64,000 nucleotides of DNA from Clostridia bacterium. GTDB lineage: Bacteria; Bacillota; Clostridia; UBA1212; DUPL01. Of the stretch, positions 1 through 10,450 are shown one piece after another. The position numbers and the translations under genes were made by a program. The notes under the pieces are model-generated. The model made no database searches. It was given only the letters and a program-made list of their open reading frames with translations, and was not told the DNA's origin. Location of the stretch: contig JBMNIW010000008.1 of the NCBI GenBank assembly GCA_050951325.1, positions 128,001-192,000 of the forward strand, in the 5' to 3' direction. Numbering within the stretch: position 1 is the stretch's first letter; each line of letters opens with the position of its first letter.

Positions 1-371
1 GCATGCAGCATTGCCCTTTTTACTCCCTTTGACATGAGGAGTTTGTCCACCAGATTCATAAAAGACTTGCCTATACCAATATTCTGGTACCCTCTGCAAA
101 CACCAAACCTGCTAATATATGCAGTCCTCTTCTCTTTATTAATATCCACCCGGATGCTGCCAACCGGAACTCCATCCACAAAGCAGATATAGACATACTT
201 GTTGACAATATCGTTGTATATGTCTTCATACGTCTCTTCCAACGCTTCCATGCTTCCCTCAAGATTTGTGTCAAGCTTGTACTTTTCAAAAGCATCAATC
301 ATTACAGACCTGATTGCATTTACATCTTCCTCTGTTGGTTTTGCCCTTCTAATTATTAACGAGTAATCCAT
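1..371 (-). CDS. GNAT family N-acetyltransferase (runs off the left edge of the window)
   Basis: Not in the ORF track. Manual translation from ATG 371: MDYSLIIRRAKPTEEDVNAIRSVMIDAFEKY...AYISRFGVCRGYQNIGIGKSFMNLVDKLLMSKGVKRAMLH. YQNIGIG matches the acetyl-CoA motif A. Start overlaps the end of argF. Confidence 0.85.
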   Translation of the reverse strand, partial: MDYSLIIRRAKPTEEDVNAIRSVMIDAFEKYKLDTNLEGSMEALEETYEDIYNDIVNKYVYICFVDGVPVGSIRVDINKEKRTAYISRFGVCRGYQNIGIGKSFMNLVDKLLMSKGVKRAMLH

Positions 372-1287
372 TTCCCATCAACCTAACCATTACAGCTTTT
401 TGTACATGCAGCCTGTTTTCAGCCTCATCAAATACTACAGACTGTTCTCCATCAATGACATCGGAAGTAACCTCGCTACCCCGGTATGCAGGCAGGCAGT
501 GCATGAAGATCGCATCCTTCTTGCTGTATGAAAAAAGTTCATTGTTTACCTGGTAAGGCATGAAAATCCTCTTTCTCTCTTCTTTTTCATCCTCCTGCCC
601 CATGCTTGCCCATGTGTCAGTGTAAACCACATCAGCATCCCTGACAGCCTCAATTGCATCATTGGTGATGGTGATTACGGAACCGGATTTCTTTGCAATC
701 TCAACAGCCTCATCGATAAATTTCTGTCCGCACTCATAACCTTTGGGTGTTGCCACAGCTATGTTCATTCCAGTTATGGCACAGCCATGCAAAAGAGAAT
801 GAGCCATGTTGTTTCCATCTCCAACGTATGCAAACTTCAGACCTTTTAAAGTTCCTTTTATCTCGTAGATTGTTTGCAGATCCGCAAGAACCTGGCAGGG
901 ATGTTCGTCATCAGTAAGCCCATTAATAACTGGGATGGAGCCAAACCTTGCCAGTTCTTCCACATCTGACTGTTTGAATGTCCTGATCATAATACCATCA
1001 AGATATCTTGAAAGAACTTTTGCAGTATCTTCAATGGTTTCTCCCCTGCCTATCTGGATGTCGTTCTGACTTAAAAACAAAGCATACCCACCGAGCTGAT
1101 ACATTCCAACCTCAAAGGAAACCCTTGTTCTTGTAGAAGACTTTGAAAAAATCATTCCCAAAGTCTTTCCCTTTAGGTAGTGGTGGGTCCTGCCTTCCTT
1201 GTTATCCTTCTTCAACTTTATTGCCAAATCAATAATATCCAGTATCTCTTCCTGAGTTAAATCCTTCAAACTAAGCAAATGTTTCAT
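349..1287 (-). CDS. argF: Ornithine carbamoyltransferase
   Basis: STRTR, HPCQ, DTWASMG and HCLP motifs; start taken at MKHLL (1287). Confidence 0.97.
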   Translation of the reverse strand: MKHLLSLKDLTQEEILDIIDLAIKLKKDNKEGRTHHYLKGKTLGMIFSKSSTRTRVSFEVGMYQLGGYALFLSQNDIQIGRGETIEDTAKVLSRYLDGIMIRTFKQSDVEELARFGSIPVINGLTDDEHPCQVLADLQTIYEIKGTLKGLKFAYVGDGNNMAHSLLHGCAITGMNIAVATPKGYECGQKFIDEAVEIAKKSGSVITITNDAIEAVRDADVVYTDTWASMGQEDEKEERKRIFMPYQVNNELFSYSKKDAIFMHCLPAYRGSEVTSDVIDGEQSVVFDEAENRLHVQKAVMVRLMGNGLLVNN

Positions 1288-1306
1288 AGCGCACCTTCTT
1301 TGCAAA

Positions 1307-2491
1307 TTAATTCAGAACATTGTAAAGCGTATCCACAAAACCATCCACATCACTTTCAGTGATAATAAGTGGAGGAAGGATTCTTAATGCATTTGCGCCT
1401 ACACTTCCTATCAAGTAACCCTTCTCAAACATTTTGTTCTTTACATCGGCAGCAATAGGTTCCTTGAACTCTATAGCAAACATAAGACCAACATTTCGGA
1501 TTTCCGAAATACAGTCAAGATTCAATCCTTCAATTTTATCTCTAAGGTATTTGCCCATTTCTTCAGCCTTCCTGGGCATGTCTTCTTCAATTATTGTACT
1601 TAACGAGGCCAACGCCGCAGCACAGGCAAGAGGATTTCCTCCAAAAGTGGTTCCATGATCTCCAGGCTGAAAACCTTTTGCAGCTTCTTCTTTTGCGCAA
1701 ATAGCACCAATTGGAAAACCATTACCCAACGCTTTTGCAAGAGTAAATATATCGGGTTCAATACCTACTGTTTCATATGCAAACAGTTTGCCTGTTCTAC
1801 CTATACCGGTTTGAACTTCGTCAATTATCAAGAAGATTCCGTGTTTGTCGCAAAGCTCTCTTGCAAATTGTGCATATTCTTTTGTAATGGGATGAACACC
1901 ACTTTCTCCCTGAACAACTTCCAGCAAAATTGCGCAGGTATTTTCATTCACAGCATTCTCCAATGCTTCCATATCATTAATTGGTACATGTTTGAAACCT
2001 GGAGTAAGGGGTGTGTAAGGTTCTTTGTATTTGTCCTGACCGGTTGCTGTTGCAGTGGTCAATGTACGGCCGTGAAATGACTTGTCAAGGCAGACAAACT
2101 CATACTTTTGCGGCATTCCTTTTTTCTTAAAGTATGCTCTTGCCAGCTTTATTGCACCTTCATTGGCTTCTGCTCCCGAGTTGGTAAAAAACACTCTGTC
2201 ACACACTGAGTTTTTGCATATCATTTGAGCCAAAAGAGCCTGATTTTTAATGTAATAGAGGTTTGAACAGTGCATGAGTTTTTTCACCTGTTCACATACT
2301 GCATTTACTACCTTGGGATGACAGTGTCCAAGAGAGTTTACTGCAATGCCGGAAAAAAAGTCCACATATTTTTTACCAGAAACATCATAGAGGTATATTC
2401 CTTCTCCCCTCTCAAAGCACACTTTCGTCCTGCCACCAAATGTGTTCATATAATATTTTTTGTCAAGTTCAATAATATTCTCAAGAGTCAT
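1307..2491 (-). CDS. argD: Acetylornithine aminotransferase
   Basis: Class III PLP aminotransferase motifs SGAEANE, SFHGRT, DEVQTG, TLAKALG, TFGGNP; arg operon context. Confidence 0.95.
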   Translation of the reverse strand: MTLENIIELDKKYYMNTFGGRTKVCFERGEGIYLYDVSGKKYVDFFSGIAVNSLGHCHPKVVNAVCEQVKKLMHCSNLYYIKNQALLAQMICKNSVCDRVFFTNSGAEANEGAIKLARAYFKKKGMPQKYEFVCLDKSFHGRTLTTATATGQDKYKEPYTPLTPGFKHVPINDMEALENAVNENTCAILLEVVQGESGVHPITKEYAQFARELCDKHGIFLIIDEVQTGIGRTGKLFAYETVGIEPDIFTLAKALGNGFPIGAICAKEEAAKGFQPGDHGTTFGGNPLACAAALASLSTIIEEDMPRKAEEMGKYLRDKIEGLNLDCISEIRNVGLMFAIEFKEPIAADVKNKMFEKGYLIGSVGANALRILPPLIITESDVDGFVDTLYNVLN

Positions 2492-2502
2492 GAAACCACC
2501 TT

Positions 2503-3405
2503 CTATTCATTAATAATCATTGTTCCGATACCCTTGTGGGTGAATATCTCAAGCAAGAGGCAGTGAGGTATTCTTCCATCAATGATATGTGTTGCCAAAA
2601 CTCCGTTTCTGATGGCTTCAACACAACCCAGTACCTTTGGAATCATTCCGCTGGTTATAATTCCTTCATCTATAAGTTGATACACTTCTTCAACAGTCAA
2701 AAACTCCAGAAGCTCATTTGTCCTGCTGTTTATTACACCTTCCGTATCGGTAAGAAGAATGAGTTTCTCAGCCTTCATGGCAATTGCCACCTCACTGGCT
2801 ACAGTATCCGCATTGATATTGTAGCTGTGACCGTCAGGTCCTATCCCAATAGGAGCAATGACAGGAATGTATTCATCAGACGCAAGAAGTTCAATCATTT
2901 CAGTGTTTACCTTGGTTATCTCGCCAACGTAACCAATGTCTGTTTGTACGCCGTTTACAGTCTCAAAGTGTTTTCTGCATTCTATCAAACGACCGTCAAG
3001 GCCACTCAAACCTGCAGCCTTTCCACCCTTTTCATTAATGTTTTTGACAATCTCCTTGTTGGTCTTGCCCACCAGCACCATTTGTGCCACATCCATTGTA
3101 AAGCTGTCAGTGACACGCAAACCGTTTACAAACTCGCTCTTTACATCAAACTTCTTCAAGGTGCTGCTTATGTCAGGACCTCCACCATGAACAATAATTG
3201 GTTTCATGCCAATATACTTTAGAAGAACTATATCCTGCATTACAAGATTCTTAAGTTCCTCGTTGACCATGGCATTGCCACCGTATTTTACAACCACGGA
3301 CTTGCCATAAAACTTCTGTATGTATGGCAGTGCTTCAACAAGTACTTCCGCTTTTTTTATAAACTCATCATATTTTACTGTATTTGGTTCACTCAATTTA
3401 AACAC
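2503..3405 (-). CDS. argB: Acetylglutamate kinase
   Basis: [32 protein letters not shown]; long N-terminal helix of the arginine-inhibited type. Confidence 0.97.
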   Translation of the reverse strand: MFKLSEPNTVKYDEFIKKAEVLVEALPYIQKFYGKSVVVKYGGNAMVNEELKNLVMQDIVLLKYIGMKPIIVHGGGPDISSTLKKFDVKSEFVNGLRVTDSFTMDVAQMVLVGKTNKEIVKNINEKGGKAAGLSGLDGRLIECRKHFETVNGVQTDIGYVGEITKVNTEMIELLASDEYIPVIAPIGIGPDGHSYNINADTVASEVAIAMKAEKLILLTDTEGVINSRTNELLEFLTVEEVYQLIDEGIITSGMIPKVLGCVEAIRNGVLATHIIDGRIPHCLLLEIFTHKGIGTMIINE

Positions 3406-3411
3406 TCCTTA

Positions 3412-4362
3412 TCACAGACACTTATACGCCGGCTCAATACCATTAAATCTTGGCAAACCAAGCATTAAATTCATGTTTTCTACCGCCTGGGATGCGGCAC
3501 CTTTACCCAAGTTATCAACCAGAGAGTTGATATATGCATGACCGTCATCCACTCTAACCTTTACAACAAGTCTGTTGGTGTTATTGATATCCTTTGTGCC
3601 ATACGACTTTTCAGCCGTATCTCTAACTACAAACACCAAATCCTCTTCTTCATACGCACTCCTTATTCTATCTTCAAGAACCTTTACTGCTTCTTCTTCT
3701 GACAATGAAGCAAGGTCATCATTCAATCTCACTCTAATATTGGTGTTAATACCTCTAAAAACGCTTCTAAGTACAATTGGTGTGAAATTTACAGAAACTC
3801 CAGAATATCGTCGCATCTCAGGGACATGCTTGTGTCTTCGTCCAAAGGAGTAAGTAATATCATTAGATTCGTCCTCAACAGTTCGTCTTGCACCTGAGTT
3901 TCCTGATGTTGAAACAACAGTTGCCTCTCCAACTATTAGGTCCTGTATTGGGTGTAATGGAAGAATTACGCTGGTTGGATAACAACCCGGGTTTGCAACC
4001 AGATTAGCATCCTTTATTCTCTCTTTGAATAGAGCAGGCATTCCATAAACAGCCTCTTCCAACAACTCAGGTTTCGCATGCTCCATGCCATACCACTTTT
4101 CAAACTCCTCTACACTAAGTCTGAAAGCACCACTCATATCAATAACCCTGAGTCCCAAACTTCTCATTTCCTCAGCATTCATCATGCTTTCCTTGTCTCT
4201 GGTTGCCAGGAATACGACGTCGCAGTCTTTTGCATTTCCAATTCTTTCGCTGGAATTCATTCTGAATGCGATTTTTAACTCCTTGTTGTTCTCCTGTTCA
4301 ATTATCCTCGTCAATTCCTGACCGACCATTCCTGTAAATCCTACAATTCCAACGTAATACAT
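3412..4362 (-). CDS. argC: N-acetyl-gamma-glutamyl-phosphate reductase (compact, divergent)
   Basis: GFTGMVG Rossmann start, VIDMSGAFRL, catalytic ANPGCYPT, DNLGKGAA. Confidence 0.9.
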   Translation of the reverse strand: MYYVGIVGFTGMVGQELTRIIEQENNKELKIAFRMNSSERIGNAKDCDVVFLATRDKESMMNAEEMRSLGLRVIDMSGAFRLSVEEFEKWYGMEHAKPELLEEAVYGMPALFKERIKDANLVANPGCYPTSVILPLHPIQDLIVGEATVVSTSGNSGARRTVEDESNDITYSFGRRHKHVPEMRRYSGVSVNFTPIVLRSVFRGINTNIRVRLNDDLASLSEEEAVKVLEDRIRSAYEEEDLVFVVRDTAEKSYGTKDINNTNRLVVKVRVDDGHAYINSLVDNLGKGAASQAVENMNLMLGLPRFNGIEPAYKCL

Positions 4363-4427
4363 AGAAATCCTCCAATAAAAAATATAACTAACCCAAGTTT
4401 TACTTTACTTAGGTGAATTATCATATT

Positions 4428-4456
4428 ATTATACATATGTCAGTTACAATATGCAA
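4428..4456 (-). promoter_or_regulatory. Sigma-A promoter of the arg operon
   Basis: Minus strand TTGCAT-17 bp-TATAAT; ARG-box-like half sites (TGCATA, TGTATA, ATTCA) overlap but are degenerate. Confidence 0.65.
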
Positions 4457-4544
4457 CAAATACAAGAAAAGAAAAAGTATACAGTTCTGTAAACTTTCTG
4501 AGAATAAATAACAAATGGCTCAAGCATCCGTATATAAGAAAAGA

Positions 4545-5234
4545 TCAGCCCTTTTTCAAAAACTCTTCTTTCATTCCATCCATTCTTTTCTTAACAAAAA
4601 CCATTGCCAAAACACATATTAGAATCGAGATCAAGGAAAGAACCAAAAATGAAGTAAATACCATCATACTGCTTTTACTTAATGCAATAAAAGCAATAAT
4701 CATAAAAAGCAATACAACATCAAAGCATACGGCTATACTTGAACATCTAAAATCTGTATAGCACCTCATAAAATCATGCACATTCTGTGCAACCTCGTAC
4801 CTTTCGATGTTCATAAGACTTGGAAACTGAAGGCTTGGTTTTACCCATGCTTTCTGCTTTTTGTCATACTCAGCCTTCTGGTACACAAAGCCAATCTCCG
4901 TATCCCCATCTAAATCCACAGCTATTTTCTGAGAAACAAGGTACGGATTTAGTTTCTTCAGCAGTTTCGCATCTCCAAAGGAAGAAAAAATTTTTATTAA
5001 CCCAATAACAGGAAGAAGCAGTATATTCAATATCTTCTTAAACTTTGTCAATTCTTCCTCCTTGGGAATCTGAACAATCTCCAGTTCAAAGGTGCCCTTT
5101 TTTTCAAACTTGAAAGACGCCTTTGGATTATTCTCTGTAACAACCTTGGTTTTACCCATAAAATTCACATTGAATCCAACCGGTGCTGCACCATCATATT
5201 TCATTACTACATCAAGTACCACGACAATTACCAC
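4545..5234 (-). CDS. Hypothetical membrane protein (two C-terminal TM helices)
   Basis: 229-aa ORF, hydrophobic C-terminal hairpin, co-oriented with upstream operon; start uncertain. Confidence 0.7.
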   Translation of the reverse strand: MVIVVVLDVVMKYDGAAPVGFNVNFMGKTKVVTENNPKASFKFEKKGTFELEIVQIPKEEELTKFKKILNILLLPVIGLIKIFSSFGDAKLLKKLNPYLVSQKIAVDLDGDTEIGFVYQKAEYDKKQKAWVKPSLQFPSLMNIERYEVAQNVHDFMRCYTDFRCSSIAVCFDVVLLFMIIAFIALSKSSMMVFTSFLVLSLISILICVLAMVFVKKRMDGMKEEFLKKG

Positions 5235-5256
5235 CTTTCCTGGATTTGCTAATCTT

Positions 5257-6546
5257 TTATGTCACATAATGTTTATTGAATATTGCCCTCATCTCATCAA
5301 CTTTTCCTGCTGCTATGATATAGCTGTATTCAAAAGGTTCAAAAGATTTAAGCTCAAAGGTTCTCAAGGGAGCAACATAGCTGGTTGATGGAGCGTAAGA
5401 GCTCTTGCTCCTGTCCGCCATATAAATGCCTGCAAGCAATATTTCCGTATCGGCAGCATAAAGACCTATACCGTAGTGATCTTTATCAACCCATGCACAC
5501 CATACTTCTGTATTACCTTCCTTGACTCTGAAATATGCATCCTTGTTGTTAGCCCAGAAAGGTAGATTTTCTTTGTATGTCAGCGCATCGTTTGTCCAAG
5601 GATTGTTTCCATTGTAAAAGACAAAGGTGTCAAGATAACTGATTACATAGAACGCAGGCATTTCCTGATGTCTTGGCTTTGCCTTGTATCCTGAGAAGTC
5701 AACAAACCTGTTGGATACCTTTATACATTCTTTTTCAATGGAATACTCATTTTCCATATAACATATTGTATACTCTGCCTGCTTTGCCCAGTCCCTGGGT
5801 CTGCATTTTATGTATATTCTGTCTTCTTCAATCTTGAAATCAACTATCTTGCTCTCATTGCCATACATGTCTCCTCCCTGAACCGGATTGTATGGCCAGC
5901 GCGCTCCATTGTACGTTCCTGGTTCATATGGTTTTTCTCCTGTTCCGTAATATGCCTGCTGAACCAGCCTGCCTGTGTCATGCCTGTTTAGAAGATTCGT
6001 TATTGACTCATCCTTGTTCTTTTTGTCTTCAATATAATTAAGACTTCCACCCCAAAGCAAATCAACACCAACCTTGTAGCGACTGTTCTCAATAAATACG
6101 GTGGTTTTAGGTACCTTTACCTTTAATATTTCGACATTCTTCAACTTAAACTCGCAAGATACGTCCTTTAAGACTGTCAAAGTTATCTTTTTTATACTCT
6201 TAGCCGTTTTCCCCGCAAAGAATCCGTCAATCAAGGATGAGAAAGCCATATCCTTGCCAGGTTCAAGAAAAAAAACTTCTTCGTATTCCTTATTCAACAT
6301 ATACGTTACTTTTCCTTTTATGTACCCTGTGGAATCGTAATATATACTGAACTTGTTAAACTCCATTTCCTTGTCAAGCAGAATCTCAAAATTATCTTTA
6401 ATTGTGTATACACCATCTTTATAAGTCACGTAATTTCTAAACTGCATAACTTTGACCATACTCCTCCCCAATACATCCTTGTCACCCATATCACAAAAAA
6501 CCAAAACAAAACACAATGGTATCAACATTAGGCTCAGATATCTCAA
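5257..6546 (-). CDS. Secreted or membrane-anchored hypothetical protein with aromatic-rich beta domain
   Basis: Hydrophobic N-terminus; conserved-looking blocks NLLNRHDTGRLVQQAYYG, WPYNPVQGGD, HQEMPAFY; probable TTG start at 6546 after GGGAGTG. Confidence 0.75.
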   Translation of the reverse strand: MRYLSLMLIPLCFVLVFCDMGDKDVLGRSMVKVMQFRNYVTYKDGVYTIKDNFEILLDKEMEFNKFSIYYDSTGYIKGKVTYMLNKEYEEVFFLEPGKDMAFSSLIDGFFAGKTAKSIKKITLTVLKDVSCEFKLKNVEILKVKVPKTTVFIENSRYKVGVDLLWGGSLNYIEDKKNKDESITNLLNRHDTGRLVQQAYYGTGEKPYEPGTYNGARWPYNPVQGGDMYGNESKIVDFKIEEDRIYIKCRPRDWAKQAEYTICYMENEYSIEKECIKVSNRFVDFSGYKAKPRHQEMPAFYVISYLDTFVFYNGNNPWTNDALTYKENLPFWANNKDAYFRVKEGNTEVWCAWVDKDHYGIGLYAADTEILLAGIYMADRSKSSYAPSTSYVAPLRTFELKSFEPFEYSYIIAAGKVDEMRAIFNKHYVT

Positions 6547-6563
6547 TCTCCACACTCCCAAAC

Positions 6564-7394
6564 TCAACAATTCCCCTCATAAACGTAATTCAAATGCTTC
6601 CTTGCCAGTTTTGCAAGCTTGTACACGTCTTCAACAGGAGTAGGATTCTTGTCAAGAAGCTGATACCTGGGAAAGAATCTTGATACGTGAAGAGGAATAT
6701 TTTTATCAATTTCACTCAACCAGGAAGCAAGCTCTTCCATTTCCTCCTCACTGTCATTCTCCCCCGGTATTATCAAAGTCGTAACTTCCACATGAGAATA
6801 TTGGGCTGCAATCTTTATGGTGTTCTTGACAGTTTCCAAATCTCCTTTGACTTTCCTATAGAATTCATTAGAAAAAGCCTTCAGGTCAATGTTGAAAGCA
6901 TCGATGTATTCAATAATGTCCAGCAAAGGCTCTTCATTGATATATCCATTCGTTACAACACAGTTGTAAAGACCTTTATCTTTTACAAGTCTTGCACAGT
7001 CCCTTACATACTCATATCCCACCAAAGGTTCGTTGTAGGTAAATGCAATACCGATATTGCCCATGGCAACTGTATCAACCGCATAGGATAAGAGACTTTC
7101 AGGCTCAATGTATTCAAACCTGGCAAGCTCCTTATCACTCATGGATATGGAGTGATTCTGACAGTGACTACACCTTAGATTACAGCCAAAACTGCCTACT
7201 GACAATATCTTTGCTCCGGGATGAAACTGGTACAAAGGTTTTTTCTCTATAGGGTCTAAAGCAAGTGATGTGACACAGCCATAGTTGATGCTGGTTACCA
7301 CACCATCCACATTGCCTCTTGCATTACAAAACCCAATCCCGCCTTCCTTTATGGTGCACTGTCTTGGACATATGTTACAAGTCGCCAACCTCAT
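6564..7394 (-). CDS. amrS: AmmeMemoRadiSam system radical SAM enzyme
   Basis: N-terminal CxxCPRxC...GFC, DPIEKKPLY, GCNLRCSHCQN (CxxxCxxC), FTYNEP, C-terminal YVYEGNC. Confidence 0.92.
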   Translation of the reverse strand: MRLATCNICPRQCTIKEGGIGFCNARGNVDGVVTSINYGCVTSLALDPIEKKPLYQFHPGAKILSVGSFGCNLRCSHCQNHSISMSDKELARFEYIEPESLLSYAVDTVAMGNIGIAFTYNEPLVGYEYVRDCARLVKDKGLYNCVVTNGYINEEPLLDIIEYIDAFNIDLKAFSNEFYRKVKGDLETVKNTIKIAAQYSHVEVTTLIIPGENDSEEEMEELASWLSEIDKNIPLHVSRFFPRYQLLDKNPTPVEDVYKLAKLARKHLNYVYEGNC

Positions 7395-8772
7395 GCCTTA
7401 CAACCTCAAACCTTTCTATTGTGTAGTCCTCATGGGAACCAATACCTGCTTTTCCAAGCGCAATTTCAAGCTGCTCCTCCACAGTGTCAACTCCGTCGAG
7501 ATTTGGAAGCAACAGTCCCCTTCTGTATCCCTTTGTAACTATAACGCCATACTTATTAGGGTCCAGTTCAAGTTTGGATTGAACCTTCTCCACTTTTCCA
7601 AGAACATCAACACTGTAAGTTATATATGGGAGCTCCTCTTCAGTAACAGGGTCAAACCTTGGATCTTTAGAACATGCACTTATCGCATTCCTAATAATCT
7701 CCTCAGCGATATTTCTACACACAGGTTCAATAGTACCAATACATCCTCTCAGCTTCCCATTGATTTTAAGGGTGACAAAAGTCCCTGCTCTTCTTTCAAG
7801 AAGTTCTTTACTCAAATCATCAGGCATTTCCAAAACCTTTTTGGTTCTTGTGTAAAGCTCTATTGATTTTCTAGCTAAAGATATATACGCGTCCTCTTTG
7901 CCCCTTGCTTTTTTCATTTTCTCTTCCATCTCATCCAGTGCTCTTTTGGCAAAATCACGCACATCATCACTGCCTGCAGCCTCGTAAGCACAGACTGCAT
8001 AACCAACACCAAAAGGTCCTTCGTACGACATAAAAGCAGGCTTTACGTTCCTTTTATCGAAGCAACCTGCCAGGATGTTAAAGGACTGCAGACCGCACTG
8101 GGCAGCTCTTTCACATCTTTCTTCGTTTATGGTAAGGAGCTTAAGAAAATCAGCTTTCCTCATCGCATCAGTGATGTCCTTGTCAAATTTGGGACCTTCC
8201 TCGTCATAGCCATATGGACCGGATGCCACAAGTTTATGTGACAAATCACCACTGGCAACAAAAACGCAATTTCTTCCCAGCTTTGAAACTGCTCTATTTA
8301 TGCTTTTCCCAAGGTTGTAATGGGTTATTGAAGACAAACCGGATATGGAGATCCTGACAAGCTTGTAATTGGTATAGTGTTTGTTTATGAAATACAAAGG
8401 AACCATTGCACCGTGGTCAAGCTCTTTGTTCCTTTCACCCAACGTACCTGCAGGGATGTCCTCTTCAAAGGCAAAATCTGAAATTGCCTTTACAAGCTCC
8501 TCATCATACTCAACTTTGAAGAAAACATCTCTTACACCAAAATTTGAAAAACTCCCCGCCGCACTCTTTCCCGGAGAAATGTGAATATAGTCGGAGTAAA
8601 CCGTTGAATGAGGTGTTGAAATGATTATGGTTTCAGGCTGGATTTCTTTTATCATCCTTGCCACACTCATGAATGCATCAATCGTATTCTGAATTTCCCT
8701 TTCTCTTCCCTTCCCTACCTCATGTATTGCAATTGGTGGATGGGGTACAATAAAACCGTAGTTTATAGCCAT
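7375..8772 (-). CDS. amrA: AmmeMemoRadiSam protein: LigB/Memo-like domain fused to AMMECR1 domain
   Basis: VPHPP, DHG, ASGDLSH, YEGPFGVGY (Memo/LigB) followed by GTFVTL..LRGCIGT, DPRF, GLLLP (AMMECR1). Confidence 0.92.
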   Translation of the reverse strand: MAINYGFIVPHPPIAIHEVGKGREREIQNTIDAFMSVARMIKEIQPETIIISTPHSTVYSDYIHISPGKSAAGSFSNFGVRDVFFKVEYDEELVKAISDFAFEEDIPAGTLGERNKELDHGAMVPLYFINKHYTNYKLVRISISGLSSITHYNLGKSINRAVSKLGRNCVFVASGDLSHKLVASGPYGYDEEGPKFDKDITDAMRKADFLKLLTINEERCERAAQCGLQSFNILAGCFDKRNVKPAFMSYEGPFGVGYAVCAYEAAGSDDVRDFAKRALDEMEEKMKKARGKEDAYISLARKSIELYTRTKKVLEMPDDLSKELLERRAGTFVTLKINGKLRGCIGTIEPVCRNIAEEIIRNAISACSKDPRFDPVTEEELPYITYSVDVLGKVEKVQSKLELDPNKYGVIVTKGYRRGLLLPNLDGVDTVEEQLEIALGKAGIGSHEDYTIERFEVVRHEVGDL

Positions 8773-8870
8773 AAACTCACCTCTTTACCTTACTACCCCT
8801 ATTATATCCTACGGTCCATAAAAATACAAAACATATAATAAGGGAGCGACAAAGCCGCTCCTTGTAACCT

Positions 8871-9770
8871 TTAACTGTTGAATGCACCCAATATGAACAG
8901 GTAATGATTTGCCTCTCTCAAAATATGATCTGCCAAAAGCGGCATTATCATCGACCTCAGCTTGCAGTCCAGGACAAGGTTCGTAGCAGTATTCTTGAAC
9001 TGCTTAACCTTCTTCGTTGCATCAAGGCTCTCTTTAGTAAACGAATTGATATTAGGCCTTGATTCCTTGCATACTTTTTTATTCAGATTGTCAAACAATT
9101 TAGCCAGATTTCTTGCGTCGCATATAAGGGGTTCTTCGGTAGGATCAAGAAGACCAGCAACAAACTCCATATGCTCTTCCATTCTTTCATTCCAAAAGAT
9201 TTCTTGTCCCAACAAATCGCGAAAATGCATGCCTCTAAGAAGCGTATCAAGTCTCTTTGCAAAAAGCCTTGCCTCTTTGGTTATGTGGTCGATTAACAGC
9301 GGATATGTAGCCATGAACATGCTGCAGTCAAGCACTCTGTTTAGAAGCATCTCCTTGAACTCAATGAACTCAAGAGTAAGTTTATACGCCCTCTTGTTCA
9401 AACTGGTCACTGCCTGCTCTGACAAGGGTCTCCTCCTGTCATTAGGGCTTAAGGACAATTCCTTTCTTGTGATACTCATGTTGAAGGGGATGCATGTGAA
9501 ACAACTTGAAACCTCTTCAGCTTCCATGGTATGACATGTAACAAACTGTTCCGACTTGACAGCTTTTCTGCTAACCCTGCCCGGTGCCATATCGGCAGCT
9601 TCCGACAAAAGACTTTCATAAGATTCTCTGAAATATTTTGCTTTATCTATACACCTATCTTCCTTTTGCATAAAAGCAATCTCCAGGAAGAATGCATGTT
9701 CTTTCATGATACGTAAAAAGAACAAATTAGTGTCAAGCGAAATCGTAATATATTCACTCAACGAAAGCAT
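8871..9770 (-). CDS. DUF2935 domain-containing protein
   Basis: Repeated FFLRIMKEH / FWNERMEEH and LIDHITKEA / LADHILREA helical motifs; GGAGGA before ATG 9770. Confidence 0.85.
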   Translation of the reverse strand: MLSLSEYITISLDTNLFFLRIMKEHAFFLEIAFMQKEDRCIDKAKYFRESYESLLSEAADMAPGRVSRKAVKSEQFVTCHTMEAEEVSSCFTCIPFNMSITRKELSLSPNDRRRPLSEQAVTSLNKRAYKLTLEFIEFKEMLLNRVLDCSMFMATYPLLIDHITKEARLFAKRLDTLLRGMHFRDLLGQEIFWNERMEEHMEFVAGLLDPTEEPLICDARNLAKLFDNLNKKVCKESRPNINSFTKESLDATKKVKQFKNTATNLVLDCKLRSMIMPLLADHILREANHYLFILGAFNS

Positions 9771-9852
9771 AGAATCCTCCTTTTTCAATTATTCGCATAG
9801 AAAAATATGCTACTACAATATATTCAAAGGAGAAATCATTTGTTAAAAACAG

Positions 9853-9881
9853 TTGAACGATGAAGAGATTTGTGATATAAT
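9853..9881 (+). promoter_or_regulatory. Sigma-A promoter (extended -10)
   Basis: TTGAAC-17 bp-TATAAT with TG, 30 bp upstream of ORF 9912. Confidence 0.6.
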
Positions 9882-9911
9882 GACGATAAATTAGAAACAG
9901 GAGGGAAAATC

Positions 9912-10403
9912 ATGAAAAAAGCATTTTTCTTCATCGTATTAACAATACTAACACTAAGTATGGTTGCGGTATACGCAAGCAATATTCAGATTACATTGGA
10001 CAAACAGGAATATGTTGTTGGGGAAACTGTAACAATTACCTACTCAGATGCTGATGGCGATGCCGAGGCATGGTTTGCCATATACCCACAAGGAGAAGAG
10101 CCTTACCAGTCATATCCGGGAACGGAAAAAGTATGGGCTTACGCAAACAGTAATTCTGAACAAGCTGGTTCAGAACCTGTTACAGAAGGAACTGTAACCC
10201 TGAGCACTGAAGGACTTGCTCCAGGCGAATACAGATGCTCATACTTTGTTGACATTGGTTACAATGTTGGTGCTACCGTCACTCTAAAGATAGTTGAGGA
10301 AAGCACAAACCCGGAAACATCGGACGCCATTGCGTACATACCTTTTATGATTGGAGCAATCTTGTCACTCATGGTCTTGAAGCGTAAAGCTGTAAACATA
10401 TAA
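9912..10403 (+). CDS. Small cell-wall-anchored Ig-like protein with NPETSD sorting signal
   Basis: Signal peptide, one beta-sandwich-like domain, C-terminal NPETSD + hydrophobic stretch + KRK. Confidence 0.8.
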   Translation: MKKAFFFIVLTILTLSMVAVYASNIQITLDKQEYVVGETVTITYSDADGDAEAWFAIYPQGEEPYQSYPGTEKVWAYANSNSEQAGSEPVTEGTVTLSTEGLAPGEYRCSYFVDIGYNVGATVTLKIVEESTNPETSDAIAYIPFMIGAILSLMVLKRKAVNI

Positions 10404-10408
10404 GCAAA

Positions 10409-10450
10409 GAGGAAAGGACATATCAAAACACAAATATGTCCTTTTTCCTC
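10409..10450. terminator. Bidirectional intrinsic terminator
   Basis: GAGGAAAGGACATAT...ATATGTCCTTTTTCCTC between convergent genes. Confidence 0.75.

Noticed and set aside
71-298. 75-aa ORF in the track
   Set aside because: Wrong frame; the real gene is the GNAT starting at 371.
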